NCBI GenBank assembly: GCA_017654855.1
Contig: CM030336.1
Span: forward strand, 2,666,001 to 2,730,000
Length of the DNA stretch: 64,000 nt
Direction of reading: 5' to 3'
Source: Podospora anserina
Taxonomy: Eukaryota
The position numbers were made by a program, and so were the translations under genes. Shown piece by piece: positions 24,251 to 34,833 of this stretch (positions within the stretch are counted from its first letter, which is position 1; each line of letters begins with the position of its first letter). The notes under the pieces were generated by a model, which saw nothing but the letters and a program-made list of their open reading frames with translations, made no database searches and was not told where the DNA came from.

Positions 24251-26278
24251 TTAATCATCAAGGGGGTCGAACTCATAGTCAAAGTTCTTTTCAATGAAAG
24301 CCACCCTCTCCAACAAATCCCTGCGCGAAGTCCGAGAGACAACCGAGAAGAAGGCAATCCACCAGAGCGAGGCCGCATCCGGACCCTCGAGGACATCACC
24401 CCCCTTCTTGCGCGTGTAGTAGTCCACCACATTCTCCCGAACATCAAGATGTTTCTCCAGAAACTCTTTGGCAGCGTCAGCTGACCTCATGATGCCTCTG
24501 CGCGTCTGCTGAATGATCATAACCGAGAGGTGGAACTGCGGGCCGTTGCGGAACGGGTGCGACAGCGCGCGGAAGCGAGCCTCCTCTGCATCACCCAGCG
24601 CGAGCAACATGTGGAGCGCATAGTAGTCGACGCCATGCGCCAGCTGCACCGCTACCGACTCGAGGTATCCCGGTGGTCGGGCGTTGACCTCGTGGAGGTA
24701 CACTTCCGGGTCTGTGGCTCCGTCTGTATTATTTTGGTTGTTTGCCGGAACCAAGTCGAGGATCCCGTTTCCAACGTCTTGGTATTTGACGCTCGAATTC
24801 CGCACCCGGGCCTCGCAGTGGAAGACACCGGATTTGAATCCCTGCCTGACAAGCGTTGCTCTGAGTTGGTCTTGGAGAGCCTCCAGTTCGTGTTTGGGGA
24901 GGGCAGAGGGGAGGACATTTTGCGTCTCTTGGAAGTTTTCCCTCAAGCCGGCATTGGCAGAGTCTGCCGGGCTGGGGAAGTCATCGTTGATATCGGCAAA
25001 GACGATCTCCCCGTTGAGCATGACAAAGTTGGCGTCTACTTCTGGCCCGGCGACGTATGGTTCTACCACCACGGCTGTGCTTGGTTTTGGGGAGTCGGCG
25101 TGTCTGTCTGATGCTTTTTTGACTGCAACCCTCAACTCATCCACATTCTTGACCTTGGTCACGCAATCTGAACTCCATCCGATAACGGGCTTGACCACCA
25201 TTGGGAATTTCAGTTCCACGTTTTGGGCCAACACCCCCTCGAGATCATCTTTATGCCTCAAGACAAAACTCTCCTCTGTTCCTACCGTCTCGAGGAGTCT
25301 TGTCCGGCCTTTATCAGCGGCGATTTCATACGCCTCGGGGGACTCAGTCGGCAGACCCAAAATCTCGCACGCCTTGGCTACTCCGGCGAGGCGGACGTCG
25401 CTGATGGTGACGATGCCGTTGATTGGTTTGGGGTATCCCCTCACGGCAACCACAATCCGTTGAGGAAAATCCTCATTGGGAGCGACGTCTGCCTCGATGA
25501 AGTCCTCTCTTAGATGTGCCCACGGCGAAGTCGGATCTTGCAACCAATGACCTTTTTCGTCAATGATGACGAGGGAGATACCTAACGCTTGAGCGGCGTT
25601 TAGAGCTCGCTCGATGCAGTCGATATCTTCGCGGCCTTGGACCCAGGCGATTCTTTTTCGGGTGGGGGGTGAGGGGAGGAGGAAGGGCAATCCCAATCTG
25701 TTGTTTGTCTCTTTGTTGAGGACCGCGGGGCTGTAGTCATTTGACAGTACAAGGGCTCCGAGAGAAGAAGAGAGGATTTGGGGGAGGTTGCTGGGGGTGA
25801 GGGATTGGGGAGTGATGGGTGTGACGTGCTGAAGGGGGGTGAGGAAGGTGTGGGCGGAGAGGAGGCCGGGGAGGCACTCGAAGCGGAGGGGGATGAGGTC
25901 TGAGCGGGTGATGTAGCCGGGGGTGGAGGTGAAGAGGAAGCGGATGGTGAGAAGGGGAGTGGGGGGTGAGAGGGTTTGCTGGAGGAGAGTCTTCCAGGGA
26001 GATGTGGCCTGCTGGAGGTTGATTTGGATGGGGGTTGATGGTTGAGCTGCTGCGGAGCGTGTGAAGGTGAGGTCCAAGGCCCAGGTTTCTGGGATGGTGT
26101 TGTTGGTGGGTTTTTGGTTGGTGGTGAGATTGGTGCAAAGGGAAATCGTTGCTGGACGGGGGAGTAAGCATTGGTACATCGGTAATGAAGGGAGGTTAGA
26201 GGGTGGGTAAGTACCGTGTACTGTTCTTTCTGGGGAGAGGGTGATGGAGGCGTAGCCCCAAGGATTGGCGGACGTCAT
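24251..26278 (-). CDS. ATP-grasp amino-acid ligase (fungal FsqD/AnkG-like; L-amino acid ligase type)
   Basis: ADKGRTR, FPMVVKPVIGWSS, VVEPYVAGPEVDANF, GVFHCEARV, HEVNARPPG; likely ATG at 26278 with a probable in-frame intron near 26090-26214. Confidence 0.88.
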   Translation of the reverse strand: MTSANPWGYASITLSPERTVHGTYPPSNLPSLPMYQCLLPRPATISLCTNLTTNQKPTNNTIPETWALDLTFTRSAAAQPSTPIQINLQQATSPWKTLLQQTLSPPTPLLTIRFLFTSTPGYITRSDLIPLRFECLPGLLSAHTFLTPLQHVTPITPQSLTPSNLPQILSSSLGALVLSNDYSPAVLNKETNNRLGLPFLLPSPPTRKRIAWVQGREDIDCIERALNAAQALGISLVIIDEKGHWLQDPTSPWAHLREDFIEADVAPNEDFPQRIVVAVRGYPKPINGIVTISDVRLAGVAKACEILGLPTESPEAYEIAADKGRTRLLETVGTEESFVLRHKDDLEGVLAQNVELKFPMVVKPVIGWSSDCVTKVKNVDELRVAVKKASDRHADSPKPSTAVVVEPYVAGPEVDANFVMLNGEIVFADINDDFPSPADSANAGLRENFQETQNVLPSALPKHELEALQDQLRATLVRQGFKSGVFHCEARVRNSSVKYQDVGNGILDLVPANNQNNTDGATDPEVYLHEVNARPPGYLESVAVQLAHGVDYYALHMLLALGDAEEARFRALSHPFRNGPQFHLSVMIIQQTRRGIMRSADAAKEFLEKHLDVRENVVDYYTRKKGGDVLEGPDAASLWWIAFFSVVSRTSRRDLLERVAFIEKNFDYEFDPLDD

Positions 26279-26944
26279 GTTGAGCGTAGGAACCTCGGTG
26301 CTAAGGTAGGTGGTAGGCCTGTGTTGATGGTGTTGGTGCCGTGAAACAGGGCAATTCTGCAGGCCGGTTTTAATAGGCCGTGAAAGTCTGGGGAAAATAT
26401 GTCGCACTGCAGACGATGATTCGGAGGAAGTCAGCCGGGCCCGGGAAAGGTATGGTATGGTTGAGTGGTGTGTAGATGAGGGTTGGACAAGACCGAGGAG
26501 AAAGTCTTGTCTTAGGTAAGTCAAATAAAAACGGGAGTGGGTAGGAGAGACGTTCCAGGTAGGCGGGAAAGCGTGGGAGGGTGTAAACGAACTGTGATGG
26601 TTTTATGCAAGTTGTGTCATGCAGAATAATACTGACAGCGGGCTGGATGTGAAATATGGGGGTTTTGTGATGTTGACAGGTGTCCATTTGGGGGTTGGTA
26701 CATGGTAGGTACCTACATGAAAGGGAATTCCCACAGCGAGTGGTAAACACACCTGCGCGGTTGCTGCTCCACGTTTCTCTTTGAATGAGACTGGGGGTGT
26801 GGGTGGCCCCGCTGATCACCTGTGTTTCGGTGACATTGCACTGGGGGAAGGTCGACAAGGTGCGCAGGATGTTCGGCATGCTGTTCAATGGCGACATTAC
26901 ACCGCGGCCGGGGATCGATCATGTTTACCAAGGTGCGCAAGATC

Positions 26945-27260
26945 AGAGCAAGTTTGCGGGAGTAAAATGTTTGATTCCCCGGCAGGGGAATTTAGGGTAG
27001 GTACCTTGCGGGATGGGTGGTAGGAACCTTGGTAGGTAGGACGTGGGTGATCACCTTGCCGAGAGGGAGAGACAAGGGGGTAAGACTTGCCCAGAGGGTG
27101 ATGTTCCGGCGTGATGGGAACCCATGTGTCAAGTGCTGGGAATGGTGTGTGTGGGTAGGAAGTAGACAGGCCATGTTCCGGGTAGCTTGGTGACGGGAGA
27201 GGGAGGGGAAGTTATTTACATCTGTGAGGTGCTCAAAGTTGGGTAGTTCACCTTTGCTCA
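26945..27260. promoter_or_regulatory. CuRE-like motifs in the divergent promoter of the ATP-grasp and cysteine-synthase-like genes
   Basis: AGAGCAAGTTT 26945-26955 (reverse complement AAACTTGCTCT), GTGCTCA 27229-27235, TTTGCTCA 27253-27260. Confidence 0.5.
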
Positions 27261-27336
27261 CCTTGCTTTCCAGACCCTGCACACTATCACTATTGTTTGG
27301 ATTCCATTTTGTACTTTTCCCTAACAAGCCTTCAAC

Positions 27337-29305
27337 ATGGCATACACAAACCCCAACCCCCTAAACGTCTTCTCCGGCCCGGACTCGCTGTCTCATTACT
27401 TCGACCCCGAGCAAAACCCGCCGTTGCCACTGGTCGAGTTACCTGCCGCGTTGAACCCCTTCCGCAAGGATGGCGTGAGGATTTATGCAAAGATGTTGAC
27501 GGCGCTGCCGGCGCAGAATGTCAAGTCTCTTCCTGGTTTGTTCACCCCGTTCTCGCATCCCTGATAGGTAGTATTCCCACTGACGTGTGTTGTTCGGGAC
27601 AGCCCTAGAAATGCTCAAAACCTCACCCAAAGCCCGCACCGCCAAACGGATTGTTGAAGCGAGTTCAGGGAGCACGGTGCTCAGCATGGGGGTTATTGGG
27701 CGGGCGTTGTGGGGTCATGAGGGGGTTGAGGCTTGGGTGACGAATAAGAAGACGAGGGAGAGCTTGAGGGTTTTGAGGTTCTTTGGGGTGGGGATGTAAG
27801 TTTTCCTTCTTGAGGGTGCCCGTGGTGGTTTTGGGGAGGAAACTGACAAGAGGGATAGATCGTTGTATGGAGGGTTGGCACAACAGGAGCCGTCAGACCC
27901 CAAAGGAATCATGGCGAGATTGAGGAGGAAGGCGAGGGAGGAGGAGGAGGTGTGTTATTTGGGGCAGTATGATAATGATGCTGTGAGTCAAGGTCTTTGC
28001 TTTGGTTGAGTTTGGGCAGGACTGACAATGAGACAGAACTGGCAATCGCACTACAACCACACCGCCCCTCAGCTTGCGCTGCAACTCCACTCTTTGTCGG
28101 TGCTCTGCTCTACTATTGGGACAGGGGGTTGCATCACCGGCACAGGGCGATATCTCAAATCTCATTTGTCGTCTGATATCAAAGTTGTTGGTGTTTGCAA
28201 CGTCTTTGGAGATCCAACACCAGGGCCGAGACATTTCCCTGGGTTTGAGTCAAGCCCGTTTCCGTGGAGGGAGACGATTGACGAGTTTGTTAGTGTCAAG
28301 TCGGAAGATTCCTTCAGGATGAGTATGAGGCTGAGTAGATACGGGATTATCTGCGGGCCGTCATCAGGGGAGGCACTTCATGGACTGCTGGAGTGGCTGA
28401 GAGAAAATGGTACCGACGGACTGAAGAGGGATGAAAATGGGGAGGTGAACTGTGTGTTTTTGTGTGCGGATTTGCCGTATCAGTATATGGAGTTGTATTA
28501 TCAGAAGCTAGGGGAGGAGGAGTTTCCGGGGATCAGAAATCAGGTATGTAGCACCCAGAAAAGGGAAGAGGAGTAATGACTGACAAGGGAACAGTGCTTG
28601 TTAGAGGTGGACCAAGACCCCTATGACGAAAGATGGTTCCTTGCGCCAGAGAAGACAGTCGACATGTTGGTTGGGGAGGGTGGTGAGAAGTATGATGGGG
28701 AGGTGCTATGCATGGTGCCCTCTTCTTGCGCCTGCACAACGACGCGAACATCAAGAACATACAGGCAGCAACAGCAACCAATTGAGGGGATATTCGGGGA
28801 CTGTTCACCAGGTGCGGTATCCTATGTCTCGGAGTCTGCCTCGACGATATTCTCGACGGCATCACCATCATCATCGGTGTACAGTGTCGCTACCACGACC
28901 AGTGTTGAGTCACAGTATTCTTCGATGGGGAAGGTCATCGATGTAAGACCGAGAGCGGAGTTTGTCAAATCCCATCTGAGAAATGCGGTGAATATTCCAT
29001 TATCAGTGACAAAGGATGACTTTTATGGGGATCCGCAGGCTGTTTGTGAGAGGTGGAAGGAAATGAATGCCGCGTTCAAAGAGACTGGTGTGTTGAATCA
29101 CCAAGAGGAAGATGATGACAGACAAACACTTGTCGTTTGTTTGGATGGGGACTCTGGAAAGATGGCGGCTTCTATGCTCAGAGGGGCCAGCAAGAAGGTT
29201 GGCAAGAAGAGAGAAGTCTTTTGTGTAGATGGGGGGTGGGGAGTGTTGGAAGCGTGGCTAAGAAGGAGGGGCTATGGTGATGATGTCTGGGATGGGGTAG
29301 ATTAG
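27337..29305 (+). CDS. Cysteine-synthase-like PLP enzyme (fold type II) with C-terminal rhodanese domain; 4 introns
   Basis: PLP lysine in NVKSLP, IVEASSGST, GQYDN, IGTGGCITG, GPSSG; rhodanese VIDVRPRAEFVKSHLRNAVNIP...VVCLDG...DGG. Confidence 0.9.
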
Positions 29306-29637
29306 CGGGGCAGTACATAGGTAATCAGTCCTTGAGTGTAAGATATTTCTTGACGCCCATTAAATAGGTATCCCTTAAGGTCTATCAACTATATTCGAAG
29401 TTCTCAGGGCCTGTTACTCATATTTTAAGGCCTTTCTTTCGCATTTCACTCTCCACTATTCTGTACACGGCGTGGGTGGTGTTTTTGAGCATGAGATCTA
29501 TTTACCCTGAATGCTAACTTCTCTATAACAACAAAAAAAACAAGACATGCTATTCGACAATATCCCCAACACACCAAGCGACCAGCACGGTGGGCTAAGA
29601 AAAGGCTAGGGTTGATGGGGATATTACACTCAAAGTC

Positions 29638-30105
29638 TCAGGTCCCCGTGAGCCACCGGCTGACAATAGGCTGTTTTTCTTCCTCTTCTAACATAGGCTC
29701 ATTAATGATTGTCGATATTGAAAACAGATCAAACCTTCTGCTTGGGGTTCGATGCATTGGGTCATGATAGATGACGTCTAATTTACTTTTGTCGATTATC
29801 AAGCCTTCATAATGACAAAGAACTCGAACACAACCGGGCTTCTTCTTGCGTTCAAAGCCAGGCTTGTCAACTATAAGCGGAAAGCTGCAAAAGGGCTTAT
29901 CAACGGTGAGGTCGGAGATGTTCTCAACCTCATTCTTAAAGTCGTGGGGATAGAAATTCTTGCAGATGGAGGACCAAATACGCGTGTATTTGGTCATCTT
30001 GCCAGGGGCATTGTCGAGCTGCAGTTGAACAATTGAACGCGAGATATATTTCAAGGGATTTTTGGTGCTAAGGCCTTCGCAGTGGTACCATGGCAACGTT
30101 AACAT
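29638..30105 (-). CDS. RNase T1/N1-fold-like protein without signal peptide (paralog 1; 5' end uncertain and possibly damaged)
   Basis: YPHDFKNE...SFP...KPGCVRV...DVIYHD spacing mirrors RNase T1 YPH-x-N-x-E / EWP / PGADR / H; aligns with the gene at 33724. Confidence 0.65.
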   Translation of the reverse strand: MLTLPWYHCEGLSTKNPLKYISRSIVQLQLDNAPGKMTKYTRIWSSICKNFYPHDFKNEVENISDLTVDKPFCSFPLIVDKPGFERKKKPGCVRVLCHYEGLIIDKSKLDVIYHDPMHRTPSRRFDLFSISTIINEPMLEEEEKQPIVSRWLTGT

Positions 30106-31739
30106 GATACCACAAATCAATCCGGCAAAGCGAGAATACCGCACGCCTCTACGGAAATATATGTAGTAATGGCCATATACTTACCACTGGGCCAAGTTGG
30201 GTGGAAGTCGTTGTTTCTGTTGACGTCGAGTCTGGAGTAAGTCTACCGTCCGGAAGATGACTAGCAGATGGATGCAAGGACATGATGTTCTATACAAAGC
30301 GGAGAATGTTAAGCATGCAATGGGATTGCGATGAATGAGCAGATTACTATTGACCCAAAGCAGAACGACAACTGGTTTTCATATATAACGCTCGGTAGGT
30401 CTACTCGTCTTCAAGCTGTATTCTGGTAGCTGTTTCAGAATGAGGCCTTCAACTATATTGCCTCACGCTTTGTTCGTTCAATTTCACGAAGACGCCGTCA
30501 GGTATGTTCCAGCTTCGAATACAAACACAACTGCCCCAGGGCCATCGGCTATGGAGTCTTTGTTGAAGCGACTTGACGTCTTGTGTTCCGTGCCCAATCA
30601 CAGAACACAAGAGCATTGGGTGCTTCAATGTTCTTCGAGTCTCGATTGAGCAAGGCGTATCATTGGGTGTAAATCTCAATGATCGTAGATATAAGCAAAC
30701 TTTCCCAGATATGACGACGATCAAGCTCCGTAACGACCACGGCTTTTACTTCAGAATCGCCCAACTCGCTTCTAAGGGCACCTTTGATTGAACATCAGAC
30801 TTAGGCTCGTCCTGCAACAATTTGTGGCCTGGGAATCATGAAGACAAAGCTGTGGCGATTCTGAGTTGTCACTTTAAGAGAGCGTCAACAATGGATTCAG
30901 GGGTTAAGGGGTATGCACGGGCCAAGGGGGGTTCATGGTTGGTGGGTCTGTTGTTTTTGAACCATTGGTTTTGCTGAAGATAGATCTGTGACGTGCAGGT
31001 ACCACTGGTTTTTTTATGACCAAGGTAAAGACATCAGAAGTGTAAAGCCGGGTGTTGGCAGATTAAGGTCTTGCCTGTCCAGCCCATCTAATTGTAGTTG
31101 AGCTCCTTCCCAAGTACCTATTTCCCCGTCTTTTTGTCCCTCACCCAACAATGTGGTAGAGAGCGGTATCATTATTCTGACAAAATGTCTTTGTGTATTT
31201 GTTGAGAAGCTCTTTGTGACCAAGTCTCGGGTTTCCGCTAAGCCCTACTTTCAGCTTCGGCCTTAACCCTTGAATCAGGTGTGTTGCACCCGTAGAAGTT
31301 GCCTTCGCCTCGGTCCGCGGCGGCCAACAACGGTTTCCTGCTCGAGTATGCTCAATACCACTGAGCTCCTTCCATTGGCTTTTTACAATGATTCCAGCGA
31401 TACGGCCGATACGTGGCTCAGCTTATTTTACGGTTGCCGCTGTTAACCCTAAAAGCTCCACTTCGCAACCTCCTCCCCGCCCGGCCCAGCTTTTGCAGCG
31501 GCCCCCACCATGCTCCCGATCGCTGCATTCCCGCTCCAGACACATAATCGATACAAGAGCCACCGATCAACGTCAGAAAGCACTCAAATACTTTCGATCA
31601 AGGATTTTCTTCTTAGAATTTCCCTTCGAGTACTTCAAGACAGCTTGACAACCCTCCAATTCCACCTCACTGCCTACACTCAGCCGCTGAGGTCATCGCT
31701 CACTCATCGTCAACAAATTCTCACAACCTCACCACAACA

Positions 31740-32675
31740 ATGGGACAGCTCACCGTCCTCATCCTCGGCGCAGGCTGGACATCCACCTTCCTTATCTCCC
31801 TCCTCACCACCTCCTCCATCCCCTTCGCCGCCACCACCACAACCGGCCGAACCGTCTCGGGCGTCCCGACAATCCGCTTCAAGTTCGACCCCGCCAACAC
31901 ACCAGAAGAGGAGCTCCGCTCCGCGATTGCCGCCCTCCCAGCAGCGAAATACGTCCTGATCACTTTCCCCCTCACCGGCAATGGCCCCTCCAAGACATTG
32001 ATCGAGATGTACAATTCCACACATCAATCCCACTCTTCCGCCTCTCAAAAAGCCCGGTTCATCCAGCTTGGCTCAACGGGTATTTGGGGTGCGGGTCGCA
32101 CTACTGCTGCGGCGGATAAGGAGAGGGTGGAGAGGGAGTTGGCGGAGAAGAGGGGAGGTGATCCCTGGGTGAATCGGCATTCCCCTATTAATGAGGCCAA
32201 CCCCAGGGTGATCGCTGAGAAGGAGCTTCTTGAATTGGGAGGGTGCGTGCTCAACTTGAGTGGGCTGTGGGGAGGGGAGAGGAAGCCAGTTAATTGGATT
32301 GGGAGAGTGGCTGCTACCAAGGAGGCGATCAAGTGGAAGACAAGCCTGCATATGATTCATGGGGACGATATTGCCCGGGCGGTGGTCAAGATTGTCACTA
32401 ATGAGGACAAGTGGGAGAATGGAGGGGGTAAGGGGGAGAGGTGGATGTTGACTGATGGCTTTGTTTATGATTGGTGGGCGCTGTTGGCAGGGTGGGCAGA
32501 GGGAGAGGGTGGTGAGGTGAGGGAGCAGGGGAGGTGGGTGAGGGAGTTGATGGAAGAGGAGGGAGTGAGGGCGCTGCCGAGGGGGATGGAAATGCTGGGG
32601 AGGTGTTATGACTCGAGGGAGTTTTGGAGGGTTTGGGGGTTGGTGCCGCTTAGAGCGGGGGTGTTGAATGAGTGA
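31740..32675 (+). CDS. NAD(P)-binding Rossmann-fold protein (atypical/extended SDR)
   Basis: VLILGAGWTS, FIQLGSTGIW, LNLSGLWGG, LHMIHGDDIA. Confidence 0.85.
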   Translation: MGQLTVLILGAGWTSTFLISLLTTSSIPFAATTTTGRTVSGVPTIRFKFDPANTPEEELRSAIAALPAAKYVLITFPLTGNGPSKTLIEMYNSTHQSHSSASQKARFIQLGSTGIWGAGRTTAAADKERVERELAEKRGGDPWVNRHSPINEANPRVIAEKELLELGGCVLNLSGLWGGERKPVNWIGRVAATKEAIKWKTSLHMIHGDDIARAVVKIVTNEDKWENGGGKGERWMLTDGFVYDWWALLAGWAEGEGGEVREQGRWVRELMEEEGVRALPRGMEMLGRCYDSREFWRVWGLVPLRAGVLNE

Positions 32676-33723
32676 GAAGGTTGAAATGAAGGGGTGGGAG
32701 GTATGTTTGGTGTAACGATGAGCATGCGAGGCTGTTGTGGTATCATTGACTATGGGGAAAAGGTAGCGGTTGCGGGTTTTGGTGGTGCGACTTTGTCTTG
32801 GACGACTGTAGCTACCTCATGGCGAATTCTGATGGGCGAATAATAGTTTATTAGCAAGAAAAAAACCAATTATCGCCTGAGAAGAAGGCTATTTTTTGAT
32901 GATCCAGCAAAACGCATGCATCAGCCGTGAATCGAACACGGGGCCCATCGATGGCAACGATGGATTTTACCACTAAACCACTGATGCTGTTTGGATGATT
33001 GGATGCTGGTTAGTTCAGAAATTGACTTCATCACAGGACTGGCGGATGAGATGGGACGAGCATCGTAAATTAACATGAAACTAGATTAGGTTGAAGAGTC
33101 TTAGAAGGACAAAGCAAGTTGGTCCCCTGCCTCTGTTCCATTGTTTTGTCCTTGTGCACGGACCATGACATGCCCCTGAGCCCGACTCTGAGCCTCCTGG
33201 CTACCAGGACCCCCGAACCTATCTACTGTTGAGGGTTGAGAAAGCCGACAGGTCATTCTTCTGGATGTTCTTCGAACTGCAAAGTATTATGCCGCGCCCT
33301 TCTTGGAAGTAGCTCGAGCTCGGTTTCGGATTCGGCATTCAGTTGTATTGCTAGCTTTGCTGCTTGTTGACTGGGGTTTGTGTAGGAACAATGCTTTGTG
33401 TTTTGAGCAGGGAATTCGAGAGAGCGCCTGACACCCAGATGGTTTTGTCTGGAAGACTCTTTCTGAACCATGTGGTTATTGCGCTAGGGGTTTACATGTC
33501 TGGCATGTTGTAGCTCATGTGGAAAAGGCGCCATGACAAGACCATGTGGGTGGAGCTGGCTGAAGGGGAGGAGAGTATATAATGAAGTGAAAAGTTCTTC
33601 TCCAATACTAGTCGTACAAATCAATCTATAGCATATCTAACCTGTACCCCCACCGGGTTTTGCTGCGGCCAGCCGATCCTTATTCAGCTCTATCTCGAGA
33701 CATCTTTAAATATTCTTTACAGG

Positions 33724-34398
33724 ATGGACAACACCAACGACAACCTCGCTGGCGAGGGCCCAACCCCCGTCAATAATTTCCTGGTATCTGACTCAACAAG
33801 AACTTATGCTATCGTTGCCAACAGCTTTGATGAGTATAAGTGGCCAATTGGTTGTATCTGGCTGCATGGGCCTGAGTTAATGCAAAAGACTCAATGGCGT
33901 GAGCTCATTGACATTGGACAAGTGGTAAAAAGTCGCCCACGCAATGCTTTCGACATGCTTTCTAACTCTTCTGTTTAGTACCACTGCTCGCACCTTGCTG
34001 ACCATTCCCTATACTTGCACATCCCGGCCTCGATTGTTCAAGACCAGCTCCGCGTTGCCCCCTCCGAGTCTAACCATATTACAGGGGGATCCCCAGGATA
34101 TATCCCCTATCCCCATCTCTTCAGGAACTTTGAGCACTTTGCCACCTTGCAAACCTCAACTGATCGGCCTAGATATATCCACCCTTTCATTCATCCACTT
34201 GGCTTTTCCAACAGCGGAAGACCGGGTATGGTTCGGCTGCTGTATCATCGTCCCCGTTTTGAAAGACATGTTTGCGATGTGCTTTACCATCCGCCACAAA
34301 CGGTCGTCTTTGCTCAGGCAGACTTGATCAGCGGGGATGTCTTGAATCACAAGGAGCAGTGGGAGCTTGTGAGACGGTGGTCTAATATGCGTAGATGA
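33724..34398 (+). CDS. RNase T1/N1-fold-like protein without signal peptide (paralog 2, about 206 aa); intron 33925-33978
   Basis: GTAAAA...CTAAC...TAG intron joins the ORFs in frame; YPHLFRNFE...HPF...RPGMVRL...DVLYHP. Confidence 0.7.
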
Positions 34399-34833
34399 GT
34401 GTGTATGTAAGCAGTGTTTTGTTGCGTGGCACTGCCTAGGTAATTAGTCTTGTTCTATGTATAGATAATTGGCTTGGGTGTATCCCCGGCCGGAATACGG
34501 CCGCGTGCCTTGTGTTTTCTTGTTGGCTATTCGTGACAATGAGTACGCAAGGTAGATAAAGAGAATCGAAACAGCCATCAACCCACGCATAGACATTAGG
34601 CTCGTTGTGTCACGGTCGGTTGGTTCACTGAGTCAAAGCTAATGTAATATCACACCTGGTTAACTAAAGCTAGGCTAAAGGGGAAAGAAAAGCAAAGAGC
34701 TTTGATTGACCATGTCAGGGGGTTTATATGTGCAGGGCTGACACCATGTAGGGCTCCGCTTTGCTTTCTAGCCGGGCATGGTACACTCACCCACCACTTC
34801 ACCATCACTTGCTCTTTCGGCATGACTGATTTC

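Noticed and set aside
23840-26995. Shared GGGGAATTTAG 11-mer at 23840 and 26985
   Set aside because: Only two copies; could be chance.
31740-32675. Rossmann gene as part of the metal-regulated cluster
   Set aside because: Separated by the RNase-like gene, looks like a conserved core gene, and has only weak TGCTC matches upstream.
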